Positions 8,323-18,775 of a stretch of DNA of 64,000 nt are shown in pieces. The position numbers and the translations under genes are program-made. Position 1 is the first letter of the stretch. Every line of letters starts with the position of its first letter. Under the pieces are notes generated by a model that was not told the DNA's origin, did not search any database, and saw only the letters and a program-made list of their open reading frames with translations. Source of the DNA: an uncultured Chlamydiae bacterium (GTDB lineage Bacteria; Chlamydiota; Chlamydiia; Chlamydiales; JAJFMA01); the NCBI GenBank assembly GCA_963713615.1, contig CAVQMM010000001.1:1600001-1664000 (forward strand). Reading direction: 5' to 3'.

Positions 8323-9708
8323 TTAAGTTTTGCGATTTTGAAGGCTAGGACCATGAGTTCTACTACGCGCGTCTGAAATAACTGAACTATTCTCTACTTG
8401 CTTTAGAGCTTTAGCCCCAACCGGTAAAGCTTTTTCGATATACAAAGCAGTTCCTGATTTTTCGAGTAAAGACTTAAGACGGGAGAATTCAGAGCACCAA
8501 ATCGTTTCTCTATCTGAATCTTTAGAGGCTTTAGAAGCATCGTTTACCTGCTCATATGTAACAAGCTGCACCTGCATTCTTTCCGCATCTTCAACAGCTC
8601 CAAGCTCAACCCCATAGTCATTTTCGTTGGGTTTTCTAACAACAATACGACCATTTTCCGCCCAAGCTGTTGCCATATTTTCTCTGACTTCATAACCAAG
8701 CTCGGATAATCCCTTTAGAATAGCCTCTCTTCTTGAGGCTCCTGCCATAGCCCTTGTCTCTTCTTTGAGTAAGGCGACACCTTTATCTCTTAGAAGCTTG
8801 CTTGAAGATATATCATTGGAATCAATGGCTTTTGTTAGCAGAACTTCAAGGTCTTTGGCCGGTTTGGATGTCAATCTGTGCAATTCGCTGCGAATCTCCC
8901 GCATTGATGCTATTGCAAGCTCTTTGGCCTTTCGTTCATTTGAGTGAGCTACTAAATCAAGAATGAGAGAATCGGTTAAAAGAGAACGACGACTTGAAGA
9001 CGACTCTTGTGCAATCAAAGTTGCGCGAGCAAGGAATGGTTGAACGCTTTCCCCTTCAATAGCTTCAATCTCAGCTAATAGTCTATCTAATCGTCGATCG
9101 GCTTCTATAGCCTTGATATCCCCTTCTTGACGCATTTTCCAGTCAGTGAGAGTTTGTAGCTTCTCTCCTTCCGATAGCTTTTTAGAGAGTTCTTTTTGTA
9201 GAGGGGTCATGCTTTGCTTTTCAACCGCGCTGAGGGTGTATTCAATCAGTATTCGGCTCAGCGTTGAATTCATAGTAGCTAAATCTGCCTCGTTAGCTGT
9301 TATTGCAGAAGAGGCAATATTCGATAATTCTTCCGGAATTTGACGGTGGCTTGCTTCAAAAGTTCTAATAAGTGTTTCTGCAGAATACTGTAATCGTCTA
9401 CGCAGGCTGCGTTCTAGCTCTGCTTTTGCAATCGTTTCAGTTCGAATACGGCTCATATCGGCTTGTAAAGCTGCTATTTCCGTAGCGCATTGTTTCTGTA
9501 TATCAAGAAACTGTTCACGTTCAAACATCTTAACAATGGAAAGAAACTTGCTTTCTACTGTTTTTTCCTCTTCAGAAGTCAACGCGTCATGGTTAGAAGC
9601 ATATCTACGCCATTGATCGATCGCATCTTGAAGGGCATCGATTCGGCCTTTGCAAATGGACATCACTTCTTGTTTTGTAACAACTCGCACAACCTTAGGA
9701 CCGCTCAT
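8323..9708 (-). CDS. Coiled-coil hypothetical protein (operon member)
   Basis: 461 aa, mostly helical, with an alpha/beta C-terminal domain (LSELGYEV...YGVEL...ETIWC). Starts 6 nt after the giant gene. Confidence 0.85.
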   Translation of the reverse strand: MSGPKVVRVVTKQEVMSICKGRIDALQDAIDQWRRYASNHDALTSEEEKTVESKFLSIVKMFEREQFLDIQKQCATEIAALQADMSRIRTETIAKAELERSLRRRLQYSAETLIRTFEASHRQIPEELSNIASSAITANEADLATMNSTLSRILIEYTLSAVEKQSMTPLQKELSKKLSEGEKLQTLTDWKMRQEGDIKAIEADRRLDRLLAEIEAIEGESVQPFLARATLIAQESSSSRRSLLTDSLILDLVAHSNERKAKELAIASMREIRSELHRLTSKPAKDLEVLLTKAIDSNDISSSKLLRDKGVALLKEETRAMAGASRREAILKGLSELGYEVRENMATAWAENGRIVVRKPNENDYGVELGAVEDAERMQVQLVTYEQVNDASKASKDSDRETIWCSEFSRLKSLLEKSGTALYIEKALPVGAKALKQVENSSVISDARSRTHGPSLQNRKT

Positions 9709-9714
9709 ACTCTC

Positions 9715-12700
9715 TTATCCTCCCGAACCAAATTGAATGGGCTTGTCTGCGAACCTAATTCCTAAGGCTTCTTCGAGCACCTGCTTTAAACGTCCCATTT
9801 CTTCTTTTCTTCGATGATACCATGCATAACTAGTCACTCTATAGACATGCGGGATCTCCATGCGCAGGACTTTGGGACGCCAAACTTCACGGGCTCTTGC
9901 TGTTTCTAAAATAGGGTGGCAGTGGGCATCACATTCGATGCCAATTCCAAATCGCTTTTTCTCTGGATCTTCTATTACAAAATCCAATCCAAAAGCATCG
10001 CTTTCTTTGATTGCAGATGTTTTTAGTCCAAGACTTTTGATGAAGGTAGCGACTGATCGAGTAAAACCATCTTTGTCAAAATTTGAGTTTCCCTGGGAGA
10101 CTGGATTTTCAGAAGTGATATTGTCGAGAGACTTTCTGGCTGCTCCCAAAAATCCTTCACTGAGTTTAGAGGCATAGTCGAAGTAAGCTTGAAGGTAATC
10201 TCTAGAGTTTTTAGGGCTCTGGCTCTTGGATAAAGCATCTGAGATCTCGTTGATGGGAAGGGAAGTGATCAGAATGATTTTTTCCCTCGCTCGCGTAATA
10301 GCTACATTCAAACGACGCTCTCCTCCGCCTTGGCTAAGAAGACCAAATTGTCTTCGGAATATCCCTTGCTCATCTCTTCCGAAAGTCGAGCTAAAAATGA
10401 TTACATCCCTTTCGTCTCCTTGAACGTTTTCAATGTTTTTCACAAAGAAGCTCATATCTTCCCTGTCTTGCTGACGTTCTCGTTCTTGGCTTAGAACTTG
10501 CCGGAAGGGGGCATCCTGATCGGCTCGTTCGGCTAGAACATCTTCTATCAGGTCGGCTTGCTTAGCGTTGAAGGTCACGATGCCAATGCTGGGTTTATCT
10601 GGTAAAGACCAATATTCAGCTAGTAGGTCGACGACCCTCTCGGCCTCTTCCCTATTGGTTTGGTTTGCGTAGACTCCGTCGACTCGTATTAGCTCAATAG
10701 GCCGAATATTTTGAATCACATTTTCTGGGTGTCTGACAGGAACGCTTAATCTATTGCCATAGAAAGCTGCGTTTGAAAAAGCAATCAGCTCGCGGTATTT
10801 TGAGCGATAGTGGATTTGTAGCATGGATCTTGGTAAAACGGTTTTCCCAAGAGTTAGCAAATCTGTACAATCTTTAATTTCTCTTTTGTTCCAAGTGTCT
10901 TCAAGTGCTTCCCTTTCCGCATCACTGATTATTATGTCTAGGTCTTCATCAATGGAAGTTGGCTCCTCGTCATCTTCGATTCGTTTCATGAACACGCTTG
11001 TAGGGGGCATTTGTTTCTCATCTCCGCTAATGACAGTTCGTTTAGCCCGATAGAGAGTTGGAAGAGCATTTTCTATAGGGATTTGACTTGCCTCGTCGAA
11101 AATAATCACATCAAACATTCCAGCCCTTAAAGGAAGCAGTTGGCTTGCGGTATCTGGATTCATTAGCCAGACTGGTCGGAGATGTCCTAGCCCCATATCC
11201 CATCCGCGCTCAATGACTTGCCGAAGACGACGAGCTCTTGGACCTCTTAGACGAGTGATATCTTCCCAATCTTCAGGACCCCTGATCTTCTCTATATCTA
11301 TATTGTAAGCCAAGAACTTCTGGTTCAATTTTCTCATGTGAGTAGTTGATTCGTCGAGAGTTTGGATTTTCCGTGAGAGCTCTTTTTGAGAAAGACGCAA
11401 GATTGGGAAGTTCTGCTCGATTCGGTCTTTCCAGGCAAGTCGGGCTTCACGAGCAATAATTCTTCGAATCACTTCTTCAAGTTCTTCTGCAGGATATTCC
11501 CTCAATTCTTTATCTTTTTCCCGGAGAACGGCCAAAATCTTTAAGACCTCCAGAGAAAGATTTGGTGCTTCCAGGCGGAATTCTTGATAGGCAGAGAGGG
11601 ATGGGAGTGCTTCAACTAAGAGGTGGAGATCATGAAAACTAGACTGATTATTATGAATATTTGCTTGGCAAAGTTCAAACAACTTTTCAGAGAAAAATGG
11701 AACTAGCCGGTCTAAAGCCTTGATGCTCTGTAGTCTAGATTGATGGCGCGCAAAGGCTTTTTCATACCGAGAGATAAGATCTTGGTACGCGCGTACACCC
11801 ATTTGGGTTATCGGCTCGACTTCTTCTTGGCGAGGGCAGGCATGAAGGGCATGGATACCTTCTTGTGCTAAGCGTAGCTCCTCTATCATACGATCGGCCT
11901 TCAAACGCAACTCCTTCAAAAATAAGGGAGTGGACGTATGCCTGTCGGCGTAAAGCAGATTAGAAAATTCTAAAAGCTTCTCTCGGATCGGTCTTTGTTG
12001 CAGTTCGAGTTTAGCAGCATCCTGAAGTTGTAAAATATGCTGCATCCTTGTGCAATTCATCTCGCGTAAGGGATGAAGACAAAGCTCTTGGTGGGTTAGG
12101 CGCAAAGACAGTAATTGCTGGATTCGCTTACAATTTATATTGTACGAAGAATTAATACGATATTTTTGGTAAGCCGAGAAGGATGGTAGCGCTTGATATA
12201 ATTGTTGAAGCTCGTCAAAATTCAATCTATTATTTCGAATATTAGCGTAACATCGCTCAAATAGTGCTTCGGAGAAAAATGCAGAAAGGCTCTTTAAAAT
12301 ATCGATACTCTGACTTCTAGCTTGCTGGCGCTCAAAGGCTTTTTGGTATCGAAAGATCAGATCGTGATATGCGAGTTTACCTGTTTTGGCTATTGGCTCG
12401 ATTTCTTCTTGGCGAGGGCAGGCATGAAGGGCTTGCACACCTCTTTGTGCTAGGTGCAGATCCTCTATCATACGATCAGCCATCAAGCGCAACTCCTTCA
12501 AAAATAAGGGAGTGGACGTATGCCTGTCGGCGTAAAGCAGATTAGAAAATTCTAAAAGCTTCTCTCGGATCGGTCTTTGTTGCAGTTCGAGTTTAGCAGC
12601 ATCCTGAAGTTGTAAAATATGCTGCATCCTTGTGCAATTCATCTCGCGTAAGGGATGAAGACAAAGCTCTTGGTGGGTTAGGCGCAAAGACAGTAATTGC

Positions 12701-15700
12701 TGGATTCGCTTGCAATTTATATTGTACGAAGAATTAATACGATATTTTTGGTAAGCCGAGAAGGATGGTAGCGCTTGATATAATTGTTGAAGCTCGTCAA
12801 AATTCAATCTATTATTTCGAATATTAGCGTAACATCGCTCAAATAGTGCTTCGGAGAAAAATGCAGAAAGGCTCTTTAAAATATCGATACTCTGACTTCT
12901 AGCTTGCTGGCGCTCAAAGGCTTTTTGGTATCGAAAGATCAGATCGTGATATGCGAGTTTACCTGTTTTGGCTATTGGCTCGATTTCTTCTTGGCGAGGG
13001 CAGGCATGAAGGGCTTGCACACCTCTTTGTGCTAGGTGCAGATCCTCTATCATACGATCAGCCATCAAGCGCAACTCTTTTAAAAATAAAAATGTCGACA
13101 TTTGTTTTTCATGATAAAGCTGGCTGTAAAGTTCTAAAATTGTCTCACGGATTGGTCGTTGCTCCAACTCCAGTTTGACTGCATTTTGAAGTTGTACAAT
13201 CCTTTCCTGAGTTGGTTTTTCGTTACAATTTCTCAAGAGGCTTTGAATCCGTCTGTAGTTTACATACCGTAAAGGATTGAGGCGACCAATTAAGGAAACT
13301 GATGAAGTAGCACTCTTAGCCCATGAGAGCCATTTTTCTACGGTCAAAATAGGCAATTGAATCAATTGGGCAGATAGCTGAGAGTCATGATCTTTTAAAT
13401 CTAAATCGCTTAATGACGCTTTGAGTAATTCAAGCTGCCGAATTAGATCACGACCTTTTGGCTCTCCATCTGCAGGAAATAGGTGAAACCAAGATGAAAT
13501 ATTTTTCCAGTCTACTTTACTAAAGAGAGGCTCATGTGATGTGATCCACTCTTGATGAGGAGATGGGTCATCTATTTCGAAAGATGTGGTCGAAGGCGTG
13601 ATAGACTCTTCTCGTCTTTTTTCTTTATCAATGAATGCAAAAAGAAGGCTGGCGAATTCATTGACTAAAGGAGAGTCAGGGGAGAAGACTTTGAGTTTTT
13701 CTAATGGATTTCTTTCAAAAAAAGAGGATTCAAGCCAGATTCCAACCATCGAAGATCGGATTTTTTCAATTGCCTTGATTTGTTTTTGATGGCCTAAGTA
13801 GGCAACCGATACGATGCCTGTCTTAGCCCATGAGAGCCATTTTTCTACGGTCAAAATAGGCAATTGAATCAATTGGGCAGATAGCTGAGAGTCATGATCT
13901 TTTAAATCTAAATCGCTTAATGACGCTTTGAGTAATTCAAGCTGCTGAATTAGATCACGACCTTTTGGCTCTCCATCTGCAGGAAATAGGTGAAACCAAG
14001 ATGAAATATTTTTCCAGTCTACTTTACTAAAGAGAGGCTCATGTGATGTGATCCACTCTTGATGAGGAGATGGGTCATCTATTTCGAAAGATGTGGTCGA
14101 AGGCGTGATAGACTCTTCTCGTCTTTTTTCTTTATCAATGAATGCAAAAAGAAGGCTGGCGAATTCATTGACTAAAGGAGAGTCAGGGGAGAAGACTTTG
14201 AGTTTTTCTAATGGATTTCTTTCAAAAAAAGAGGATTCAAGCCAGATTCCAACCATCGAAGATCGGATTTTTTCAATTGCCTTGATTTGTTTTTGATGGC
14301 CTAAGTAGGCAACCGATACGATGCCTGTCTTAGCCCATGAGAGCCATTTTTCTACGGTCAAAATAGGCAATTGAATCAATTGGGCAGATAGCTGAGAGTC
14401 ATGATCTTTTAAATCTAAACCGCTTAATGACGCTTTGAGTAATTCAAGCTGCTGAATTAGATCACGACCTTTTGGCTCTCCATCTGCAGGAAATAGGTGA
14501 AACCAAGATGAAATATTTTTCCAGTCTACTTTATTAAAGAGAGACTCATATGATTTGATCCATTTTTGATGAGGAGATGGATCTTCTACATCGAAAGATG
14601 CCATTGACTGTCGGATGGATTCATCTCGCCATTTTTCTTTATCAATGAATGCAAAAAGAGAACTGACAAATTCATTGACTAATGCAGAATCAGGAGAGAA
14701 CAGTTTGAGCTTTTCTAATGGATTTCCTTCAAAAGAGGACTGCAACCAAGTTCTGGCGATCGGAGCACAGGTTTCTTCAATTACTGTAAGCCGTTTTTGA
14801 TCGAGGTCTTTTAATACTCTTCGTAGAACAGGCACATCAATCAATTTGATTTCTTGATCTTCTAGATCGATTAATTGACCTAAGAGGATTCGATAGCTTA
14901 GTCCCGTTGTTTGGTCAGTTGTGTGAATCGCTGCATGGTGCTTATCGATTTCCCTTTCTAAGTTTTCGATTTTTTCAGCCAGCTCTTCGCGTTTAAGTCC
15001 TACATTTTCCGCACTGTAGGCGCTGATAGCTTGTACAATCCCTTCGATTTGAGATCTCAGATTTTCTAGGACAGAGGCACGATCTTTATTTACGTGCGTT
15101 ATATAGAAATAACGATTCTTAAGCCCTTCTGCATCGAGTCTTTTTGCCAGGACTTCTAGAGCTGCAGACTTTTGGCAGACAACGAGTACTGTCTGATTGC
15201 GACCGATGCAGTCCGCAATGATATTTACAATCGTTTGGCTTTTCCCCGTTCCTGGAGGCCCTTCAATGAGCAGGCCTGGAGTTTGTCGTGCGCGAAAAAC
15301 GGCTTTCTCTTGAGAAGGGTCACTCTCCATTGTGAAGAAACGATCTTTTTCAGGAATCGAAGGAAGGGCGGGGGAAGCGAAAGGCTCTCTGTTCACGCGG
15401 AGTGCCATTTCTAGTCCCGTTCCATTTACGGACTTTTTCCTCATTTGGCGCAAATCTTCTCCTATGGCCTGACCCATAAATTCAGCATGGAAGAGAACGG
15501 CAGAGCAAACCACTTGCCTACTTCCTGCCTTAACTGTGTAGTCATTATCTGGCAGAGCACATAGAGACCTTTCTCTTGGATCTGCTAGGGATCCGAAAGC
15601 ATCGATCACGTCTCCGATATGAATCGTAGACCTTCCTAATAGCTCTTTAGCAGTTTCTGCACATCGTTTCGCTTCTTCAGTACCAATCAGTCCCATAAGA

Positions 15701-18123
15701 GCTGGATTCACTCTCACTTCTTCTCGATCACGATCAAAAAGAATGCAGACGCGATCTCTATTCTCAATGTTAATTTTGATAGGCCAAAGCAAAATGGGCG
15801 CAATTCTTGGTTTTTTTTCTGTTGCCTCCGCTCGGCTGTCTTTCATGACAAGGAATGGAAATCCAACATAGAGGCTATCGATACCTGTATCCTTCCTATA
15901 TGTTTTTGCATGGCTTACTAGATGGCGCAGCCTTCGATCGAGATCAGAATCATCTTCAAAAGCTATCCTATCGATTCCTATTGGAGTCTCTATCCTACTC
16001 ATTAAGTGTTCGAGAATGGATGAGGCTTTTGTTTTTTTCCCTGCAATACGTGCAAGGTCAACACGCGAATTAGATTTTCCGATCAGCATTCTAACAAGTG
16101 GGCCTCGTTGTGCTAGACTTGCAGTACGCTTTTCGAAAAACTCCAGTATCGTAGAAACATACTGCTGTCGAGGCAGCTCCTGCCAGGATTCTTTGGAAAC
16201 GGAGAGGAGAGCCAATGCTCGGGGAAGTGAAATCCTTCTCTCATTTCTGAAGGCATCGGCCCACTCATCCACACGTGCAATTCCACATCGTGAATAGTTT
16301 GCAGTTCGCTCTTCGATTTCTCGGTAAAGATCCCTTCTTGAAATGTCAAACCATTGTTGTGCAGCTGACCCATCGTATGAAGGAAGGCCAGCCTGTGAAG
16401 CAACGGCATTTGCCTGATTTAAGATTTGTTCGGCGGGTTGATACTGCTGAAGACTGGCTCCGAGGAGGATTATCAATTCTTCATCGGTAATTTTTTGTCT
16501 ATCCACCAACGAATTTATACCACTGTGGTCAGATCCTGGATACAGCCGACGATGAATGGCCCATAGGCGTTCCAAATTTGGTCGGGAGGAAGTAAGTGCT
16601 AATAGTCTAAAACTTTCTTCATTGAGTTCGATTTCGAAAATTTTAGCTCTTGCACGTGCTCTTTCGATTCGATCATGCAAATCGCAGAGGTGAAGCTCGC
16701 GGTTCATTTGACGGAGCTGACCAATGAGGGGACCTGTGATGATGTCGTACCCTTGAATCGGATTTTGCAGCAGCCACGAACATGTAAGGATTTCCCCTTG
16801 ATTGATTAATGGAAGGCTAGGATTCATCCACATCAGAGCTAAAGCGTGCCTAAAATCTTCAGAAACGGAATCTATAGAGGTCGCAAGTCGAATACCGGCT
16901 ATAATCTTAGGGTCTGCTTTGCGATCTTCTAACCAAGTGACTACTACCCCTCTCATTAAAAGATCTTTAGCTTGCTCCCAATTTGCCGCCTCGGCAGCGG
17001 CTAGGGAGTACGCTTTGGGACAAACATAAGAGTGCTCTTTGAATTCTAAAGCTGGGCCATTGTGAGCTTCTTCAGAATTACCATCTGAAGGCGCCTCTAT
17101 AGACTCTCCAGAAAGCCAACTTTGTACTTGTGTCCATTGCCAACGTTGATCGGGATCCCGCGCCAATAATCCACGAAGTAATAAGTTAAGAGCAGGATCA
17201 ATGCCTTTTGGGAGGGAAACTCCTCTTGTTAGTACGTGAATACGAAAGGCTTTTTCATTGATCCCATCAAAACACTGGCCATTTGTAATTAGGTGAAGAA
17301 TAATCATTCCTAAGCTCCACCAATCAGAAGCTACGCTGATTCCTCCTGCAATCACTTCTGGGGCTGTATAATGGGCTGAAATAGGTTGTATGACGGTATC
17401 AAGATCAAAGGTGGAGAGGCGGCTAAATTGAAATCCAGTAAGTAGCAAGCTCAATGGGTCTCGATGACTAATTAAAATATTTTCTGGTCGAAGATTCCCA
17501 TGACGCAATCCATATTCTGTAAGAGTGCGTAAGATTCTCCCTATAGATTTAACGATTTGCCGAGTCATTTCCAGATCGGTGCACGTAGATGTCAGATCCA
17601 ATAAATTTGACTGACCAATAAAACCTGTAACCTCATATCGACGCCCCTGCCATTCACCGTGAGCTAGAAGCTCTGGTACATAGTCTTTTGGCAACCGCTT
17701 GAGGACTTCATAGATTGTTGAATCTGGGTGAGCATCAGGAAGGTATAAAGTAAGAACGGCTTGATGTCCATATCGCTCAACAATAAAAGTTTCGAAAGCT
17801 TCGCTACGACTCTCAAGTTGATCAATAGCTGCCCATCCATCAATGACCGTTTCATTTAATTGAGGATTTTCTTCTACGCATTCTCCTGCTACTGCTTCCG
17901 CTGCTCCGCATTCAAAACACATCTCGTCTCCCTCATTGAGAGGGTGACCGTTATGACAGCGTCGTATGGTAGGAGGGGTGATGGGTGTTTCAGGAATGAA
18001 ATCAATCTGGCCAGGAGGTCTTAGAGGTTCTAGGGTTAAGTCCCATCCACAATTTCCGCAGAGGACTTCTTCTTGAGGACGTTCTTGGCTACATCCCAGA
18101 CACTTACGAACACGGATTGTCAT
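9715..18123 (-). CDS. Giant multidomain protein: double Zn-ribbon, degenerate Ser/Thr kinase, DUF4011, SF1 (Upf1/DNA2-like) helicase with repeat insertion, Vsr/DUF559-like nuclease
   Basis: Zn-ribbons CLGC..CGNC and CHNGH..CFEC. Kinase HGNLRPENILI, TGFQFS, YTAPE, SDWWSLG. DUF4011-like DTGIDSLYVGFPFL..APILLWP. Helicase GPPGTGKSQT, FDEASQ, GDEKQMPP, HYRS, VQGDERD, RLNVAITRAR. Nuclease LDFVI..IGIECD. Start placed at ATG 18123 after AGGAGG; the ORF track starts at 18150. Confidence 0.9.
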   Translation of the reverse strand: MTIRVRKCLGCSQERPQEEVLCGNCGWDLTLEPLRPPGQIDFIPETPITPPTIRRCHNGHPLNEGDEMCFECGAAEAVAGECVEENPQLNETVIDGWAAIDQLESRSEAFETFIVERYGHQAVLTLYLPDAHPDSTIYEVLKRLPKDYVPELLAHGEWQGRRYEVTGFIGQSNLLDLTSTCTDLEMTRQIVKSIGRILRTLTEYGLRHGNLRPENILISHRDPLSLLLTGFQFSRLSTFDLDTVIQPISAHYTAPEVIAGGISVASDWWSLGMIILHLITNGQCFDGINEKAFRIHVLTRGVSLPKGIDPALNLLLRGLLARDPDQRWQWTQVQSWLSGESIEAPSDGNSEEAHNGPALEFKEHSYVCPKAYSLAAAEAANWEQAKDLLMRGVVVTWLEDRKADPKIIAGIRLATSIDSVSEDFRHALALMWMNPSLPLINQGEILTCSWLLQNPIQGYDIITGPLIGQLRQMNRELHLCDLHDRIERARARAKIFEIELNEESFRLLALTSSRPNLERLWAIHRRLYPGSDHSGINSLVDRQKITDEELIILLGASLQQYQPAEQILNQANAVASQAGLPSYDGSAAQQWFDISRRDLYREIEERTANYSRCGIARVDEWADAFRNERRISLPRALALLSVSKESWQELPRQQYVSTILEFFEKRTASLAQRGPLVRMLIGKSNSRVDLARIAGKKTKASSILEHLMSRIETPIGIDRIAFEDDSDLDRRLRHLVSHAKTYRKDTGIDSLYVGFPFLVMKDSRAEATEKKPRIAPILLWPIKINIENRDRVCILFDRDREEVRVNPALMGLIGTEEAKRCAETAKELLGRSTIHIGDVIDAFGSLADPRERSLCALPDNDYTVKAGSRQVVCSAVLFHAEFMGQAIGEDLRQMRKKSVNGTGLEMALRVNREPFASPALPSIPEKDRFFTMESDPSQEKAVFRARQTPGLLIEGPPGTGKSQTIVNIIADCIGRNQTVLVVCQKSAALEVLAKRLDAEGLKNRYFYITHVNKDRASVLENLRSQIEGIVQAISAYSAENVGLKREELAEKIENLEREIDKHHAAIHTTDQTTGLSYRILLGQLIDLEDQEIKLIDVPVLRRVLKDLDQKRLTVIEETCAPIARTWLQSSFEGNPLEKLKLFSPDSALVNEFVSSLFAFIDKEKWRDESIRQSMASFDVEDPSPHQKWIKSYESLFNKVDWKNISSWFHLFPADGEPKGRDLIQQLELLKASLSGLDLKDHDSQLSAQLIQLPILTVEKWLSWAKTGIVSVAYLGHQKQIKAIEKIRSSMVGIWLESSFFERNPLEKLKVFSPDSPLVNEFASLLFAFIDKEKRREESITPSTTSFEIDDPSPHQEWITSHEPLFSKVDWKNISSWFHLFPADGEPKGRDLIQQLELLKASLSDLDLKDHDSQLSAQLIQLPILTVEKWLSWAKTGIVSVAYLGHQKQIKAIEKIRSSMVGIWLESSFFERNPLEKLKVFSPDSPLVNEFASLLFAFIDKEKRREESITPSTTSFEIDDPSPHQEWITSHEPLFSKVDWKNISSWFHLFPADGEPKGRDLIRQLELLKASLSDLDLKDHDSQLSAQLIQLPILTVEKWLSWAKSATSSVSLIGRLNPLRYVNYRRIQSLLRNCNEKPTQERIVQLQNAVKLELEQRPIRETILELYSQLYHEKQMSTFLFLKELRLMADRMIEDLHLAQRGVQALHACPRQEEIEPIAKTGKLAYHDLIFRYQKAFERQQARSQSIDILKSLSAFFSEALFERCYANIRNNRLNFDELQQLYQALPSFSAYQKYRINSSYNINCKRIQQLLSLRLTHQELCLHPLREMNCTRMQHILQLQDAAKLELQQRPIREKLLEFSNLLYADRHTSTPLFLKELRLMADRMIEDLHLAQRGVQALHACPRQEEIEPIAKTGKLAYHDLIFRYQKAFERQQARSQSIDILKSLSAFFSEALFERCYANIRNNRLNFDELQQLYQALPSFSAYQKYRINSSYNINCKRIQQLLSLRLTHQELCLHPLREMNCTRMQHILQLQDAAKLELQQRPIREKLLEFSNLLYADRHTSTPLFLKELRLKADRMIEELRLAQEGIHALHACPRQEEVEPITQMGVRAYQDLISRYEKAFARHQSRLQSIKALDRLVPFFSEKLFELCQANIHNNQSSFHDLHLLVEALPSLSAYQEFRLEAPNLSLEVLKILAVLREKDKELREYPAEELEEVIRRIIAREARLAWKDRIEQNFPILRLSQKELSRKIQTLDESTTHMRKLNQKFLAYNIDIEKIRGPEDWEDITRLRGPRARRLRQVIERGWDMGLGHLRPVWLMNPDTASQLLPLRAGMFDVIIFDEASQIPIENALPTLYRAKRTVISGDEKQMPPTSVFMKRIEDDEEPTSIDEDLDIIISDAEREALEDTWNKREIKDCTDLLTLGKTVLPRSMLQIHYRSKYRELIAFSNAAFYGNRLSVPVRHPENVIQNIRPIELIRVDGVYANQTNREEAERVVDLLAEYWSLPDKPSIGIVTFNAKQADLIEDVLAERADQDAPFRQVLSQERERQQDREDMSFFVKNIENVQGDERDVIIFSSTFGRDEQGIFRRQFGLLSQGGGERRLNVAITRAREKIILITSLPINEISDALSKSQSPKNSRDYLQAYFDYASKLSEGFLGAARKSLDNITSENPVSQGNSNFDKDGFTRSVATFIKSLGLKTSAIKESDAFGLDFVIEDPEKKRFGIGIECDAHCHPILETARAREVWRPKVLRMEIPHVYRVTSYAWYHRRKEEMGRLKQVLEEALGIRFADKPIQFGSGG
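11906..13077. repeat. Intragenic tandem repeat with 582-bp (194 aa) period
   Basis: CCTGTCGG at 11941/12523 and ATCGTGAT at 12361/12943. A degenerate third copy extends down to ~11580. Confidence 0.92.
13315..14750. repeat. Intragenic tandem repeat with 507-bp (169 aa) period
   Basis: Identical antisense ORFs at 13586 and 14093; CTTAGCCCATGAGAGCC occurs three times at 507-bp spacing. The third copy diverges beyond ~14530. Confidence 0.92.
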
Positions 18124-18775
18124 AAGGCCCCTCCTTTTTTGAGCGCTCATCTTGTGTAGTTATGGCAACGTGACCTTCCTTAGCTAAGATCGTTTTTAGG
18201 CGTCGCATGTCATCACGCCTAGGAATCCCAGCGAGCCATATAGCTCCTTCTTCTTCAAACATAATATCAAAGGTCTTGTCCGATGGCTTAAGAGTGCGTT
18301 CAAATTGACGGAATCGCGTTTCTCCGAGAGGGGTAAGGCAATGAAGACGTTGATTATCACTGCCACGCAGGGCAAGTGTTTGGGAATCACTTTCTTCGTA
18401 AGGGTCTGAAATAAGAGCGTCTATTGTTCCTTTGCACTGATTAACTAAAGGAGCAATCTTCTCAAAAGGATGTCCACTATAAACCAGAATATCCTTAGTG
18501 ATTTTAGAGCGAATCTGAGCAAGGAGATTAATCAACGCTTCAGATTGATCAAAAGGTTCCCCACCAGAAATAGTAATTCCATCCGCCTCGTCCAGCCAAG
18601 GATCGATAACGGCCATGATTTCATTAATTGAAACACCACCCCTTCCAGTTCCCCACGTATCGGCTGATACACATCCCTTGCAACGAATAGAACATCCTTG
18701 AAACCAGATGCCAATACGGCGACCTGGTCCCAGGGTCGTTACTGGGAAGTGGATTCTAGAAAGGTAAAGGATCAT
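18104..18775 (-). CDS. Radical SAM protein, NrdG/activase-like (single 4Fe-4S cluster)
   Basis: GPGRRIGIWFQGCSIRCKGC (CxxxCxxC), GITISGGEPFDQ, LRGSDNQR. Overlaps both neighbours. Confidence 0.9.
   Translation of the reverse strand: MILYLSRIHFPVTTLGPGRRIGIWFQGCSIRCKGCVSADTWGTGRGGVSINEIMAVIDPWLDEADGITISGGEPFDQSEALINLLAQIRSKITKDILVYSGHPFEKIAPLVNQCKGTIDALISDPYEESDSQTLALRGSDNQRLHCLTPLGETRFRQFERTLKPSDKTFDIMFEEEGAIWLAGIPRRDDMRRLKTILAKEGHVAITTQDERSKKEGPYDNPCS

Noticed and set aside
18104..18775. nrdG of an anaerobic ribonucleotide reductase
   Set aside because: No nrdD in the window, and the gene is coupled to the AAA and helicase genes.
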